The notes under the pieces: model-generated
Database searches by the model: none
Seen by the model: the letters and a program-made list of their open reading frames with translations, nothing else
Told to the model about the DNA's origin: nothing
Program-made: the position numbers and the translations under genes
Shown here: positions 41,470 to 53,993 of the stretch, piece after piece
Layout: each line of letters starts with the position of its first letter
How positions within the stretch are numbered: the stretch's first letter is position 1
Source: the human T2T-CHM13v2.0 reference genome, Homo sapiens
Reading direction: 5' to 3' (one strand)
NCBI RefSeq assembly: GCF_009914755.1
Contig: NC_060925.1
DNA: 64,000 nucleotides

Positions 41470-42760
41470 ATATTTTTTTCTAAATTTTGAAACAGTCTCA
41501 AATTAACAGAAAGGTTGTAAGTATAATACAAATAAATTTAATTTGCAGCTCTTAAATGGTCATAACATAAACCATTTGAGAGTCAGTTGCCAACATATTA
41601 CCTCCAATATCTCTGAATACTTCAGTGTGTATTTCCTAAAAACGAAGACATTCATATGGATACCCAACCACATGAAAAATATCAAAATCATGAAAATAAC
41701 ATTGATACATTACTACTATCTATCTTCAATCCCATTAAATTTCCATTAAATGTCCCCCCAAATGTACACTGTAGCAAAATAAAACCAGTTCAGGATCACA
41801 TATTGTATTTAGTTCTCACGTCTCATGGTATATTAAAGGGACGTGAGAACTAGGAATAGTTCCTATAGTTCCTCAAGCTTTCTTTGACTTTCATAACTTT
41901 GATATTTTTGAAGTTTACAAGCAAGTAATTTTAGAGTGTCCCCCAATTGGTGTTTGTCTGGAATTCCCTAGTGATTAGATTCTAGTTATGCATCTGAGGC
42001 ATGAATATCACAGGAAGCAATGATGTATTCTCATTGTATCCTATCAGGTAGTTCACAGTTTTGATTTGTCAGCATTATAAATCATGTTCACTTTGATCAT
42101 TTTATTAAAGTTGTGTCCTCTAGGCTTCTCCATGTAAAGTTACTCTTCTTACTTGTAATTAAGAAGTGTTTTTGTAGAGAGATGCTTTGGCACTATGCTA
42201 ATATTCTTTCTCATCCAACTTCAATTTATTAACTGGTTTCTTATTTTGTTTTATTGTAATCTATTAATAACACTATTTTGATGCTTAGTTTTTCCTCTGT
42301 TTGAGCAGTGGAAGCTTACATGCCTCGTCATTTGTTGAGTACTTTTTTGCTTTCTGTCACAGCAAGGTATTCTGAGCTCATCTTGTATTTTCCTTCTTCC
42401 AGTCCTGGACCAAGTCATTTCTCTAAGGAGTCTTGATTTCTTTTAGTGCAGAACGGCATTTAAAAGATAACATTTTAGAGCCAAAAGTGCTAATTACTTG
42501 CTTGTTACTGTTCTTGGGCCCTCAGTATACAGAGCTGTAAAACATATGCATTTACACCCATGTTTACATCTATATTTATTTTTATATATTCCTATAGTTA
42601 TTGAAATCTATAAATTAATACCAATGCCTTCAATTCCAAGCAAATCTCACAGTATTCTTTCCCATTTTCATCCTTTTCATATTTGCAAATCCTTTCCTTG
42701 ACAATGAGAAACCTAGCTCTCATGATTCTTAGTATTTCTTATTTGACTAATGCCTGTGTA
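41470..42760 (-). mobile_element. Old L1MC-like 3' fragment
   Basis: CCATTTGAGAGT...AGTTGC...TTCAGTGTGTATTTCCTAAAAAC...CCAGTTCAGGATCACATATTG...GCTCATCTTGTATTTTCC. Confidence 0.7.
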
Positions 42761-43209
42761 TGTAGCAATCTCCTATCCTACTCAGGATCTGACTCCCCAC
42801 AGCGACCCCCTCCCTCCAATCCCTTCTTATCCCATTGGAGCTGTGTAAGACATGTTGGGCTGTCCACACAGAGAAATGCCCTCCTTACCTTGCTTGGGCT
42901 CTAACTCCCCATGCAAGGCAGTCTTCCTATGAATATGCCGTCCTATTTTCTCTTAATCACTAAGGGAAATGGGTAAGGTGTGCCCTTGTTCTGGGTCATT
43001 GCAACTCCTAAACCGTTACCCCACTGCAAGGCTCAGCTCCACCTACAGGCTCTGAGATCTAATTGTTTAGGGAGGGAAAACGAAGGACAAATAGGATGAA
43101 TATTGAGACTTTTTGATATTTTGGAAAGTTCTTACAATAAACGTGTATTAGTTTTATAATTTTTAAGAGTTTTTTGTTAATTTTAAAGATCAGATTTTGA
43201 TACATTAGA

Positions 43210-43407
43210 CCAAAGGTTAGCAATCTTTCTGTAAAGGGCCAAATAGTAAATATTTTTGGCTTTGCACTCTATACAATGACTGTCACAACTGCTCAACTCT
43301 GCCATTAGGAAAAGCAGATGGTCTTAGCTATATTTCAATAACAGTTTATTTACAAAAATGGGCAGCAGATCATATTCGGCCCTCAAGTCATAGGTTGCCA
43401 ATCCCTG
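43210..43407. mobile_element. MER58A (hAT-Charlie)
   Basis: GGTTAGCAA...TTTCTGTAAAGGGCCAAATAGTAAATATTTT...CTCAACTCTGCCA...TTGCCAATCCCTG. Confidence 0.8.
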
Positions 43408-43654
43408 TCCCTAGGGTTTGGGTGCAATAAGCCAAAGTTCAAGCCTAAGCATGCTCTTTGAATACCAGTGAGATGTTAGACAAGTAGTTTATTATCTCCA
43501 AGCTTCATCTAAGATTTTTGGGAGTCTCTCATGGACTATCAGTTGTGTAGCTACATTGTAAATGGTAAACTGTTACATAATATACTTACTAAAGATGCTA
43601 ACCCAGAAATGAGTTATGAGAGGGTGAGATGATTAAAAAGAACATATAAATGAT

Positions 43655-44482
43655 CAAAAAAAAAAAAAACAACCCCATCAAAAAGTGGGCGAAGGACATG
43701 AACAGACACTTCTCAAAAGAAGACATTTATGCAGCCAAAAAACACATGAAAAAATGCTCACCATCACTGGCCATCAGAGAAATGCAAATCAAAACCACAA
43801 TGAGATACCATCTCACACCAGTTAGAATGGCGATCATTAAAAAGTCAGGAAACAACAGGTGCTGGAGAGGATGTGGAGAAATAGGAACACCTTTACACTG
43901 TTGGTGGGACTGTAAACTAGTTCAACCATTGTGGAAGTCAGTGTGGCGATTCCTCAGGGATCTAGAACTAGAAATACCATTTGACCCAGCCATCCCATTA
44001 CTGGGTATATACTCAAAGGACTATAAATCATGCTGCTATAAAGACACATGCACACGTATGTTTATTGCGGCACTATTCACAATAGCAAAGACTTGGAACC
44101 AACCCAAATGTCCAACAATGATAGACTGGATTAAGAAAATGTGGCACATATACACCATGGAATACTATGCAGCCATAAAAAATGATGAGTTCATGTCCTT
44201 TGTAGGGACATGGATGAAATTGGAAATCATCATTCTCAGTATGGTGGGAATTGAACAATGAGAACACATGGTCACAGGAAGGGGAACATCACAGTCTGGG
44301 GACTGTTGTGGGGTGGGGGGAGGGGGGAGGGATAGCTTTAGGAGATATCCCTAATGCTAAATGATGAGTTAATGGGTGCAGCACACCAGCATGGCACATG
44401 TATACATATGTAACTAACCTGCCCATTGTGTACATGTACCCTGAAACTTAAAGTATAATAATAATAAAATAAAATTTAAAAA
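43655..44482 (+). mobile_element. 5'-truncated primate L1 (L1PA3/4-like): ORF2 C-terminus and 3'UTR
   Basis: ORF 43650-44261 is the ORF2p C-terminal Cys-rich region ([39 protein letters not shown]). G-rich tract and AACTTAAAGTATAATAA end. GAGAAC and GGAGAT indicate a non-L1HS subfamily. Confidence 0.95.
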
Positions 44483-47400
44483 ATCCAAAGGAGTTTGGAT
44501 TTTATATTAGCTAGTGGTTATTTACTAACATGAAAATGAAATATGAGGAAGATTAACCTAGCAGTGAGTGAGGGGATGAAAAACATGGCCTTAAAGTGAA
44601 GAGCTAAGAAATGTTTGCTAGGGCCTAGATACAATATCTGTTGAAACAATTTGATCCAATATAGACTAAGAAGGTAGAGACAGTGAGTCTTTATAACCAA
44701 TATATCAAGAAAAGCAAATGGTAGGAAGGGGAAAGGAGAAAGGAGAGGGAGACGAGGAAGGCGAAGAGAGAGAAATGGGATAAAGAATTTTTTTAAGATT
44801 CATTTGCATAACAAATTACCAAAACACATTATTCTGATTCTGCCAACAGACTATAGCCATTCATACTGAAATTTTAAAAATACTCAGACTTAAACTGCAT
44901 GTCACATTTTTTTGTATCAAGGAAATGAAACAGAAGAAAATTGCCTGAGACTTAAGTACATTAATTCAAAAGTCTTAAAAGCTAAAGAAGGGAACATCTA
45001 CAGACTTCATTAAGGAGTCTATTTAATATGGTATTAATACAAAAATAAGAAAGCTTCTCTCCATCTCCTGCTAAATTACTTGCTAGAGATCTGGGAGGAC
45101 TGGTCAATCTTAAGAATGTCCTACTGACACCTTCCCCATTGTTTGTTCAACTTTACATATTTATGCTCTTGAACATCATTGATCTATGATAGTAGCTCAT
45201 GGGTGAGAGGTTGCTCAAGATGAAAGGTTCACCATTAACATTTTTAGCCATTTTGAAGATTACTACAAATTTCCCAATGAGTCTAAAATTGGTCTAGGAA
45301 ATTTTATCCTATCAAAAAGAACTCTGTTCTGCCAATGATATGATTTGGTTTATCAGTAAAGACATTAGTTTGGGATCTCAGGAAAAAAGAAGTATCATAA
45401 TGTGAAGGGTTAATAATTTGAGAAAATAAATTGCGTGCTCTTTCTTCTCCTCTATAGCCATTGCCTATCCTCCCTGGAGAAGTGTGGCCACCATTTGTTT
45501 CGTGAGGTTAATTGTCAAATAAAAACAAATCACAACAGAAAATTATTTTTATGCTTAAAAACAATGGGTCCAGATGTCAGGGGAAAAAATGGGAAATAGA
45601 AGCAGAAGCAGTCTGACCCTAAGTTTCTAGTGTTGGCTCTGCTTCTTTCCTAGTACAGGAAATCGTTATTTTATTCCTGCTCTATGATAAACATAAAGTA
45701 CAGTGCTCAGCAAACTAGATATTCAATCAATGAATAAACAAATCTAAGACCTTGGTTAAGTCATTTACCCTATCTGGAACCATTTTAAAATTTTGAAATA
45801 ATATTCTCATTTTAATTTGATATGAAGATTTAAAATGTGCTCTATCAATGTTAAGTGAAGAGTAGCTGTGATGATGATGGTGATAAATAAAAAATAGAGT
45901 TGCTATGTCCCCAGATTCCCCTGCACATTTTTTTTTTCTTTTACCCAAGACATTTTGGATCCTTTCAATATCCGGTGGAAACATAATTGAAATGTATAAA
46001 ACCATGGAAGCAAATGTGTTTCTCTAATTTAGAGAAAGAATGATGTTCAGGTCTCATGATAATCCCAGAGTCAACATTCTTCTAGATAGAGGAAAAATGA
46101 GGGGTACATAGACAGGAGGGTTGAAACCCATTCTTACGTGAAAGAAGAGGCCACTACATTTGTTCAGGAAAGGTAAGAACAAAATGCTAATGCACTGAAC
46201 CAATGGACTGGCTGAGGTGCCTGCTTTGATGCTTGGACATAACAATGAAGACAGCCCCAGTTACCTGATTCCCAGCCCAATGCTCCAGCCCTTTGTCACT
46301 TACTAGACACATTTCCTCTTTAATAAAGTTCTAATTCAAGGGTCCATGTCAGATGGGGGTGATTTGGAAACATTTTAGGGACTGAAGGTTTATCAAAGTA
46401 CTGTAATGGCCATGGAATGATTAAAAGGAATGTGTGTGTTCAAATACAAATGAAGAATGATCTGAAGGTAGGGCACAAGGAATAGCAGATGGTAACTATT
46501 AATTATTAGCCTATTACCAAGGCTTCAGTCCAGTAAGAAAGAAGGTATTCTATGTCTGACTCATCATCATCTAACAATTTCAGTGCTTTGATTTCTCACA
46601 AGAACACAAAAAGAAGACATTTCCTCCTTCTGTTGGTATGTTTGAGAGAGAAAAATTGTATGGCAATGTATGGAATAGTACCACATTAAATTCCTGAACA
46701 TATATGTCAGCAGCACAACAGACAAAAAAAAAAAAAAAAACCACCAGAAGCATGAATAATGAACAGCTCTGGAGACATTATTCTGTATATCTCTTGTTCT
46801 TAATTAATGCAATTCTATAAGACTGCACTGGCACATGGAGATTGAGACCCCCCTCTCAGCCTTATCTGCGTTGAGGTAGCATATAATAAGCGTGTAGTCA
46901 GCTTGTGCCCTAGTCAAACGGTTTTAATAAAACCCTACAAGCACTTCAGATGTGAAGCGGGTGTGTGGGAGGTAATGCTAGGCATGAGCTGAGCCCAACT
47001 TTATGAATGAAGTGGTTACATGTCATTAATGTTTCAATAGGTCCCCTAACAAGGGTAATTGGATCTCCAGGGAACCTCACCAAGCTTCCAAGTTAAATTT
47101 GCCAGTGGTGAGGATGCTCAGGTCTTGAAGGTAAGCGGAACCATTCCTGTTTTACCTTGAACCCACGGGTCAAACAGGCCTAAGGGAAATAGTTTGAAGC
47201 TGTCATTTAACATTATTACCGACATGTACTGTATTTCCAAGCAGCCTGCAAAAGGAGCCAGAGACATGCATGCATGGCCCCAAGCTGCAGGGTGGTAGCA
47301 TGTCACATGTCTGGTAACAGAAGGGGATAACCATCCCAGTACAAACTTGACATATATAAATTGATTACATAAGTGGGCAGTGGTGGTCCTTTCAAGTATT

Positions 47401-50379
47401 CTCCTTTTGTTTGAGCTTTACAGTAAAATTACCAGCAGCAGTTTACAATTAAGGGGAATAATAATAACTGAATATGCTTTCATCTGTACATACAATTATA
47501 ATGAGCTGCATGCCTTAATAGGATTGTGAAAAATCTGCGTTTGACCCACAGAAAAAAGTAAACATTCTTGTTCTGGATACTATATCATTATCACAACAAA
47601 GAGAAACTCCTGAAATCTGATGATTTAAACATCTGGAGAATGTTAATCACTTCAAAATGACGGATGTTTTTTATTTCAGCTTTTGACAGACACACTCCTT
47701 TCATAGATAGATGATTATTTACATAAATTACATCATCAATGTGAAAAAAAATCAGAATAACTTCAAAGGATAAAATGCTTAATTAAAAAGAGACTTGTGC
47801 TTCTATTTTTTCTCTCTTTCTCTGTTTTTCCTCTAAAGGAGGAGTAAAAAGGCAAATCTACCAATTCCATTGTAGGTGAATATGTAATGAGGTAGTTGTG
47901 TTTTTAAATTTCTTCATGTAGAATACATATAACTTTAAGAATAAATTACTCAATTTTTAGTATCCTGAAGCTTGTTAATTGCTTTAAGTCCACTTCTAAT
48001 TTCTAAAGTTTCCCTTTTTAAAATGGAAATTTGGGGTTCACTTAGTCATTCCGATAGATGAAACAGAACAGATTCAAGCTCAAGTTGAGTCTGAAATTCA
48101 CCCTCTCTTTTCGTTCAACTTTCAAATTAGCCTTGGTAGATGGAGGGAAACAAACTTTTAAAGCAACTCAGCACTGAATGAAGAGTTTAATAGACCTTAT
48201 TTCATTGTTAATGCAGGAGTTTTTTTGTTTTGGGCTTTTTGTTGTTGTTTTTTGTTTTTGTTTGTTTGTTTGTTTTTGTTTTTTGGTGGAGCCTGAGAAA
48301 ATAAAAGTCAAGAGCAGCCCAAAAAGAAAGAATTGAAAACTCTGCTCTTTCAAGGAGCTCTGGCTGTAGTCCCTCAGGGTCTGCCTCTGACTGGCGGCAT
48401 GCTGCCTAATGCTGGTTGGTAGAACTGGTGCAATTTTGTTGATCCACTACAATTTCCTCCTACACTCAGAACTGATCTGCAGACTGACCTTAGACAATTT
48501 GTCTTCTTTCAGGGAGAAATGTCACCCAAAAGGAAGCTATTAAGTCAAGAAGGTAATTCTCTTAGAACAGTCCACTGTATAAACAGAACTTGACCTCAAG
48601 TAATTTATTGCTGGTCCCTAACAAAGAGACTTAAGAGTTAGGTCTGATATAGTTGAGATCTGAATCTGTCAATACAAAGGGCAAGCCAGAATCTTGCAAG
48701 ATTTCTTTTGAGTGGCCATGTTTAGAATATAAGCCAGATCAATATAGTGTTCACACAGGAAACTGGCATTTGGTCTTTTAGAACGAAAAGTTCATTTTAT
48801 TAACAAATCAGAAATTTGTACTTGCACAGTTCAGCCACTTCCTTAATGACTCCTAGATGATTTTTGTTAGGCTAATACCTAAACATTATATAAAGACTAT
48901 ATTTCCTTGAAAACACTGGGTTAGTTTCAGTGCTCAAGATACAGGTATGTCCCACATTGCTAAGAGGTTTATTTTCTTTTTAACTGAGTGGAAGGTGAAA
49001 AGTTAAATTTCTTAGTTGAGTGGAATGAATCATGTTACTTGAGGGCACAGAATCCAATCAATGAGCATCTCATGGTTCAGGATCTGAAAGGGTCAAACTG
49101 CTAAGCTGTCTCTTGACAATATCTCATGGACCACCTTTGACGGATGGATATTAGAGAGACTTCTAGAAAAAAAAAAGGAAGAGGAGAAGAAAGCAAAGGA
49201 AGGGTAAGAAGTATATTAGGAAAACCCTTTAACTCACTTTAAACTCCTTGTTTATGGTTACTATGGTGAAATTTCCCATTTCCTATTTACAAATGAGGAT
49301 TTTTCTGCCTTTTCTATTACAACTCTAAATCCCAGCTCCCTTGATTAATGAATAGCTTGTTCAATGGTTCCCTTGTAGGGTCCAGGTATTCTGCTGTGTC
49401 TGCTTTCATTGGTAAAAGCCTCCCCTACCTCCAGCTCGCCCTCTCTTTTCCAAGTACCTCTCTCCTCCTCAAGTCCCATCCAATTCACCAACCAGCTCTA
49501 CCAGGGCTGGTCCTGGAGACCACCCACATCCTACAAGTGGAAAAGTGCTGAAAACCTGTCAGCCACAGCTGACAGAGAGTCCGTCAGGGTAGATTTTAAT
49601 GCTGTGAACATTTTGCTGATATTTTTCCACAGAGCACTGCCTGGTGTTGACATTTTAGGTTTCAAAGTAGCAACTAATACTTTGCTTCTTGACTGGAACT
49701 ACCTTTCAAAGCAGTAGCTAGAAAGCCTTGAGACTTTTAGAAATCTCCATTTGTTCAGTCTATAAAATGGGGCTAACACCACAACTGAATACCCCGGAAA
49801 AACTGCAATACCTCCCTCACGTGGATGAAGAGCTTTGAGATACTCACAGGCAAATTCTAAAGAAGGAAGTGGAGAGTATAGTGATGTTTTTCTAAATTAA
49901 AAGTGACAACCAGCATTTAGTAGGGGAATCAGAAGACAGAATTGAGAGCAGGAAGCCTTATATTCATTACAACAGATGGTTTAGTTTTCACTGAAGAGGA
50001 AGCAGCTGAGTGAATGAACAGGGGTATGTCCTTAAAAGATTCAGCAGCCATCCAAATACACAGGAACAATCTAGTGGAAACTAAGGACTTGGACTAGTCT
50101 GTATTATACAAAATAAAGCATCCCTACTGAGTTTGACTTCAGCTGGCTGAAGTCATAAGCCATAGTGTTCTACTGTTAAATAACACCAATATAATTACTA
50201 CTGGCACAGCTTTAAAAAAACAGGACTTTGTTCAAATTCTTAACACAAAGATAAGTCACATAGCAAATCCATAATCAATGCCTGTTGAAAAAAATATTGA
50301 ATGATTTTCAGTTCAAGGAAAATGTTTTCACTGCTTGGCTTTCCTCTCATCTCTTGCCCATCTCTGCTTTTCTTTTTTT

Positions 50380-51535
50380 ATTTAAAAAACAATAAAACAT
50401 TTCATTTGAAATATAAAACATGCAGCAAAGCACAGGATGTAATATAACAGACCTCTGTTTTCCACCACCAAGATTAAACAGACTTTAATGTTTTTTAAAT
50501 ATATGCTTGATATCTCCCTCTTTTATAGACATAAGTGTCATATAGCTATAGCCTCACTCCATCATCCTTTTCCCCTCAGTTCTCCTCAAAGGTGAAAACT
50601 TATCTGCAGTTTTTTAAAATCATTTTTGTACATATGTTTGTACTTTTCACTACATTAGTATGTGTTCCATACACTATCATTTCATTTCACACTTTTCATA
50701 CGTGGTATTATGCTTTATATATCCGTTTGCAACTTTCTAACACATAAGATTTATTCATATTTATGTATGTGATTTAACAGCAGGATAACATTTCTTTATC
50801 CCTTTATGTGCATAACCTATTCTCTTCCTGAGGGGCCAGTCCAAGTTCTCAGTAACTGCTAGATTGATCCCAATAAATAGGGTGGTGGGATTTTTTGTTT
50901 TGTTTTTTACTGTTACAAACAAGGTTGAAAATGACATTTTTGTATATATATTCTTGAATGCATGTAAGAGAGTTTTTCTAGGAGTCAAATTGCTAGAAGC
51001 TATGGAATGATCATCTTCATTCTCATGCATTGCCAAATTCCTCTCTAAAATGGTAACAATTTATACTACCATCAGCAATAAATAAGAATTGCTGTTTCCT
51101 CACATCACCACCAACACTTGATGTAAACCCACTGATTAATTTTTGTCAGTTTAATGGTTGTGAAGTTATATCTCATTGATATTTTAATTTTGTCTGACTA
51201 CTAATACTATTGAGCATATATTTTTATATTTTATTGACTATTTACACTCCTATGAATTGCTTGTTCATATCCTTTGCTAATTTCCCTTCTGACTTTATGA
51301 CTTTATGTCTTCTTATTCTTGTTGGTTTTCAAGACAAAGGTTGCAAAATATCTTTCTATGTCAGTCTTTTCATCTTACAATGTCTTTTTCATGAAACTGC
51401 TTTTATTTTAATGGGCTTAAATTTATTGATATTTTCCTTTATGATTTTTGCGTTTTGTATTCTGTTAAAGAAATGCTTCTTCACATAATGCCATAAAAGT
51501 TTTCTCTAATATTTTCTTTTAAAAGATTTACAACT
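50380..51535 (-). mobile_element. Old L1ME/L1MC fragment
   Basis: AGAGTTTTTCTAGGAGT...AATTGCT...TTGCCAAATT...TCCTCACATC...CAACACTTG...TTGCAAAATATCTT. Confidence 0.65.
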
Positions 51536-51539
51536 TTTA

Positions 51540-51840
51540 TTTTTATATCATTATTATTATTATGTAGAGATGGAGTCTCACTCTGTCACTCAGGCTGCAG
51601 TGAAGTGGTGCGATCTCGGCTCACTGCAACCTCAGCCTCCCAGGTTCAAGCAATTCTCCTCCCTCAGCCTACCGAGTAGCTGAGACTACAGGCACATGCC
51701 GCCACACCCAGCTAATTTCTTTTGTATTTTAGTAGAGATGGGGTTTCATCGTGTTGCCCAGACTGGTCTCAAACTCCTGAGCTCAGGCAATCTGCCCACC
51801 TTGGCCTCCCAAAGTGCTAGGATTACAGGAGTGAGCCACT
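51540..51840 (-). mobile_element. Alu (older S/J type), antisense
   Basis: GAGATGGAGTCTCACTCTGTC...CCTCCCAAAGTGCTAGGATTACAGG. Confidence 0.92.
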
Positions 51841-52023
51841 ATTTTTTAAATTTACTTTTGCATAAAATGTAGGGGTCTGTTTTAATCTTGTCCCCGTGTC
51901 AAGAATTGAATAATTTATCCCTCACCCTATTATTCACAACTCTCTTTTTTTGTAGACTAAACTTCCCAATATATATGATTTTCCTAGGTCTCTATTTTTA
52001 TAGTCTTATACCAATATCACACT

Positions 52024-52512
52024 TTGGCTCCCCAAAGATGTCCACGTCCTAATCTCTGGACTCTGTGAATATGTTACCATGCATGGCAGAAGGAACTTTG
52101 CATATTTGATTCAATTAAGGACCTTGAGATGGGGATATCCTGGATTATTCAGGTGGGCCCAACCTCATCCAGGAGTCCATAAAAGGATAGAACTTTTCCA
52201 AGCTGAGGTCAGAATTAGAGGGATATATAATTACAGCAGAATGGTGAAAACCATGCAAGGTGGTTGGCTTTGAAAATGGAGGAAGGAAGCATGAGCCAGG
52301 AATGCTGGCTGCTTCTAGAAGCTGGAAAAGGAAAGGAAATAGCTCCCCAAGAGACTCTAGAAATGAATATAGCCCTTCTGACACCTTGATTTTAGCCCAG
52401 TAAGAATTGTATTGAAATTATAATCTCCAAAATGCTAACATAATATATTTGCATTGTTGTAAGCCATTAATTTTGTAGCAATTTGTTATACCATCCATAG
52501 AAAATGAATATA
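52024..52512 (+). mobile_element. MLT1D-like LTR
   Basis: CCCCAAAGATGTCCACGTCCTAATC...GTGAATATGTTACC...GAAGCTGGAAAAGG...GACACCTTGATTTTAGCCCAGT...TAGAAAATGAATA. Confidence 0.85.
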
Positions 52513-52730
52513 AATAATAAGAATTATCTCCTACTGTTTTTCTTTTCTAACCTTCCTGGTTATTTCTGGACCTTTATTCTTTTATTTGAACTTTAGAATG
52601 AATTTATCAAATCATATAAAAAATGGAATTTTGATTAGAATTGTATTAAATTCCAATCAGTTTGGTAGAAGTGGCTGTTTTTATAGTAGCAACTCTTCCT
52701 TTCCATAAAGTTGGTGTGATGGTGAATTTT

Positions 52731-53063
52731 TTTAACAATTCATTCAAATTTATTTATTTATTTATATTTTAAGTTCTGGGATACATGTGCAGAATGTGCA
52801 GGTTTGTTACGTAGGTAAACGTGTGCCATGGTGGTTTGCTGCACCTATCAACCCATCACCTAGGTTTTAAGCCCTGCATGCATTAGCTATTTGTCCTGAT
52901 GCTCTCCCTTCCCTTTCCCCCACCCTCCACAGGCCCTAGTGTGTGTTGTTCCTCTCCCTGTGTCCATGTGTTCACATTGTTCAACTCCCACTTATGAGTG
53001 AGAACATGCAGTGTTTGGTTCTCTGTTCCTGTGTTAGTTTGCTGAGGATGGTGGCTTCCAGCT
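52731..53063 (-). mobile_element. Short L1PA (PA7-10-like) 3' end with 16-bp TSD
   Basis: TTTAAGTTCTGGGATACATGTGCAGAA...CCCACTTATGAGTGAGAACATG; TSD TGTGATGG(T/C)GAATTTT at 52715-52730 and 53064-53079. Confidence 0.92.
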
Positions 53064-53520
53064 TGTGATGGCGAATTTTATATGTCAAGTTGACTTGGCA
53101 ATAGAGTGCTTAGATATTTAGCTAAATATTATTCTGGATGTTTCTCTGAGAGTGTTTTTGGATGAGATTAACATTTAATGTGGTAGACTGAGTAAAACAG
53201 ATTGTCGTCCCTAACGTGGGTGGGCCTGAGCCAATCAACTGAAGGCCTGAATAGAACGAAAAGGCTGACCCCTCCCTCCAATAAGACAGAATTTTTTCCT
53301 TACTGACTGCCTTTGAACTGGGACATTGGCTTTTTTCTTGCCTTCAGACACTAACTTAAATACTGGCTCTTCCTGGGTCTCAAACCTTCTAGCCTTTAGT
53401 CTGGAACTAAACCATTGGCTCTCCTACATCCCCAGTCAGCTGATTCACCCTGCAGATCTTATGACTTGCCCACCTTAATAATCACATGAACTGATTCCTT
53501 ATGATAAATGTCTTTATATA
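53064..53520. mobile_element. MLT2 (ERVL) LTR
   Basis: TGTGATGG..AATTTTAT.TGTCAA.TTGACT...ATTATTCTGGATGT...GAGATTAACATTT...GAAGGCCTGAATAGAAC. Confidence 0.85.
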
Positions 53521-53993
53521 TTACATTTTCAGGTCATCTTTTCTAATTTTTCTGCATATAAGTTTTTCATATATTTTAACAGATTTATAGGTTTTATTGG
53601 TATTATAAACAGTACCTATTTTATAATTTTAATTTATAGTTTGATGCTTGAGTATAGATTCCACATAAATAAATTTTGAATATTTATTTTCAGAAATGTA
53701 ACTGAACTCTGATATTGTTTCTAATGCTTTATGTTCTCTTGGACAGTCTATCTAGATGACCATATTAGCTGATATTAACCATTTTGTTTCTACTTTCTAA
53801 TCTTTATGTACTCCCTTCTCAATCTACTAAAGTGTTATAACATGTATATTGTGTTATAGCGTGTGTATTTGTGAAAGTAAGCTAAATGCTATAAAAAATA
53901 GATGAAAGCTTTCAGTGGCTTAGTAAAACTGAATTATCAATTATGTAGTTCAACATATATTGGCAGGAGAACTCTGCTTCAGCAGTTAGTCCC

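Noticed and set aside
43650-44261. 203-aa ORF as a functional gene or active L1
   Set aside because: 5'-truncated L1 ORF2 tail without promoter, endonuclease or RT domains.
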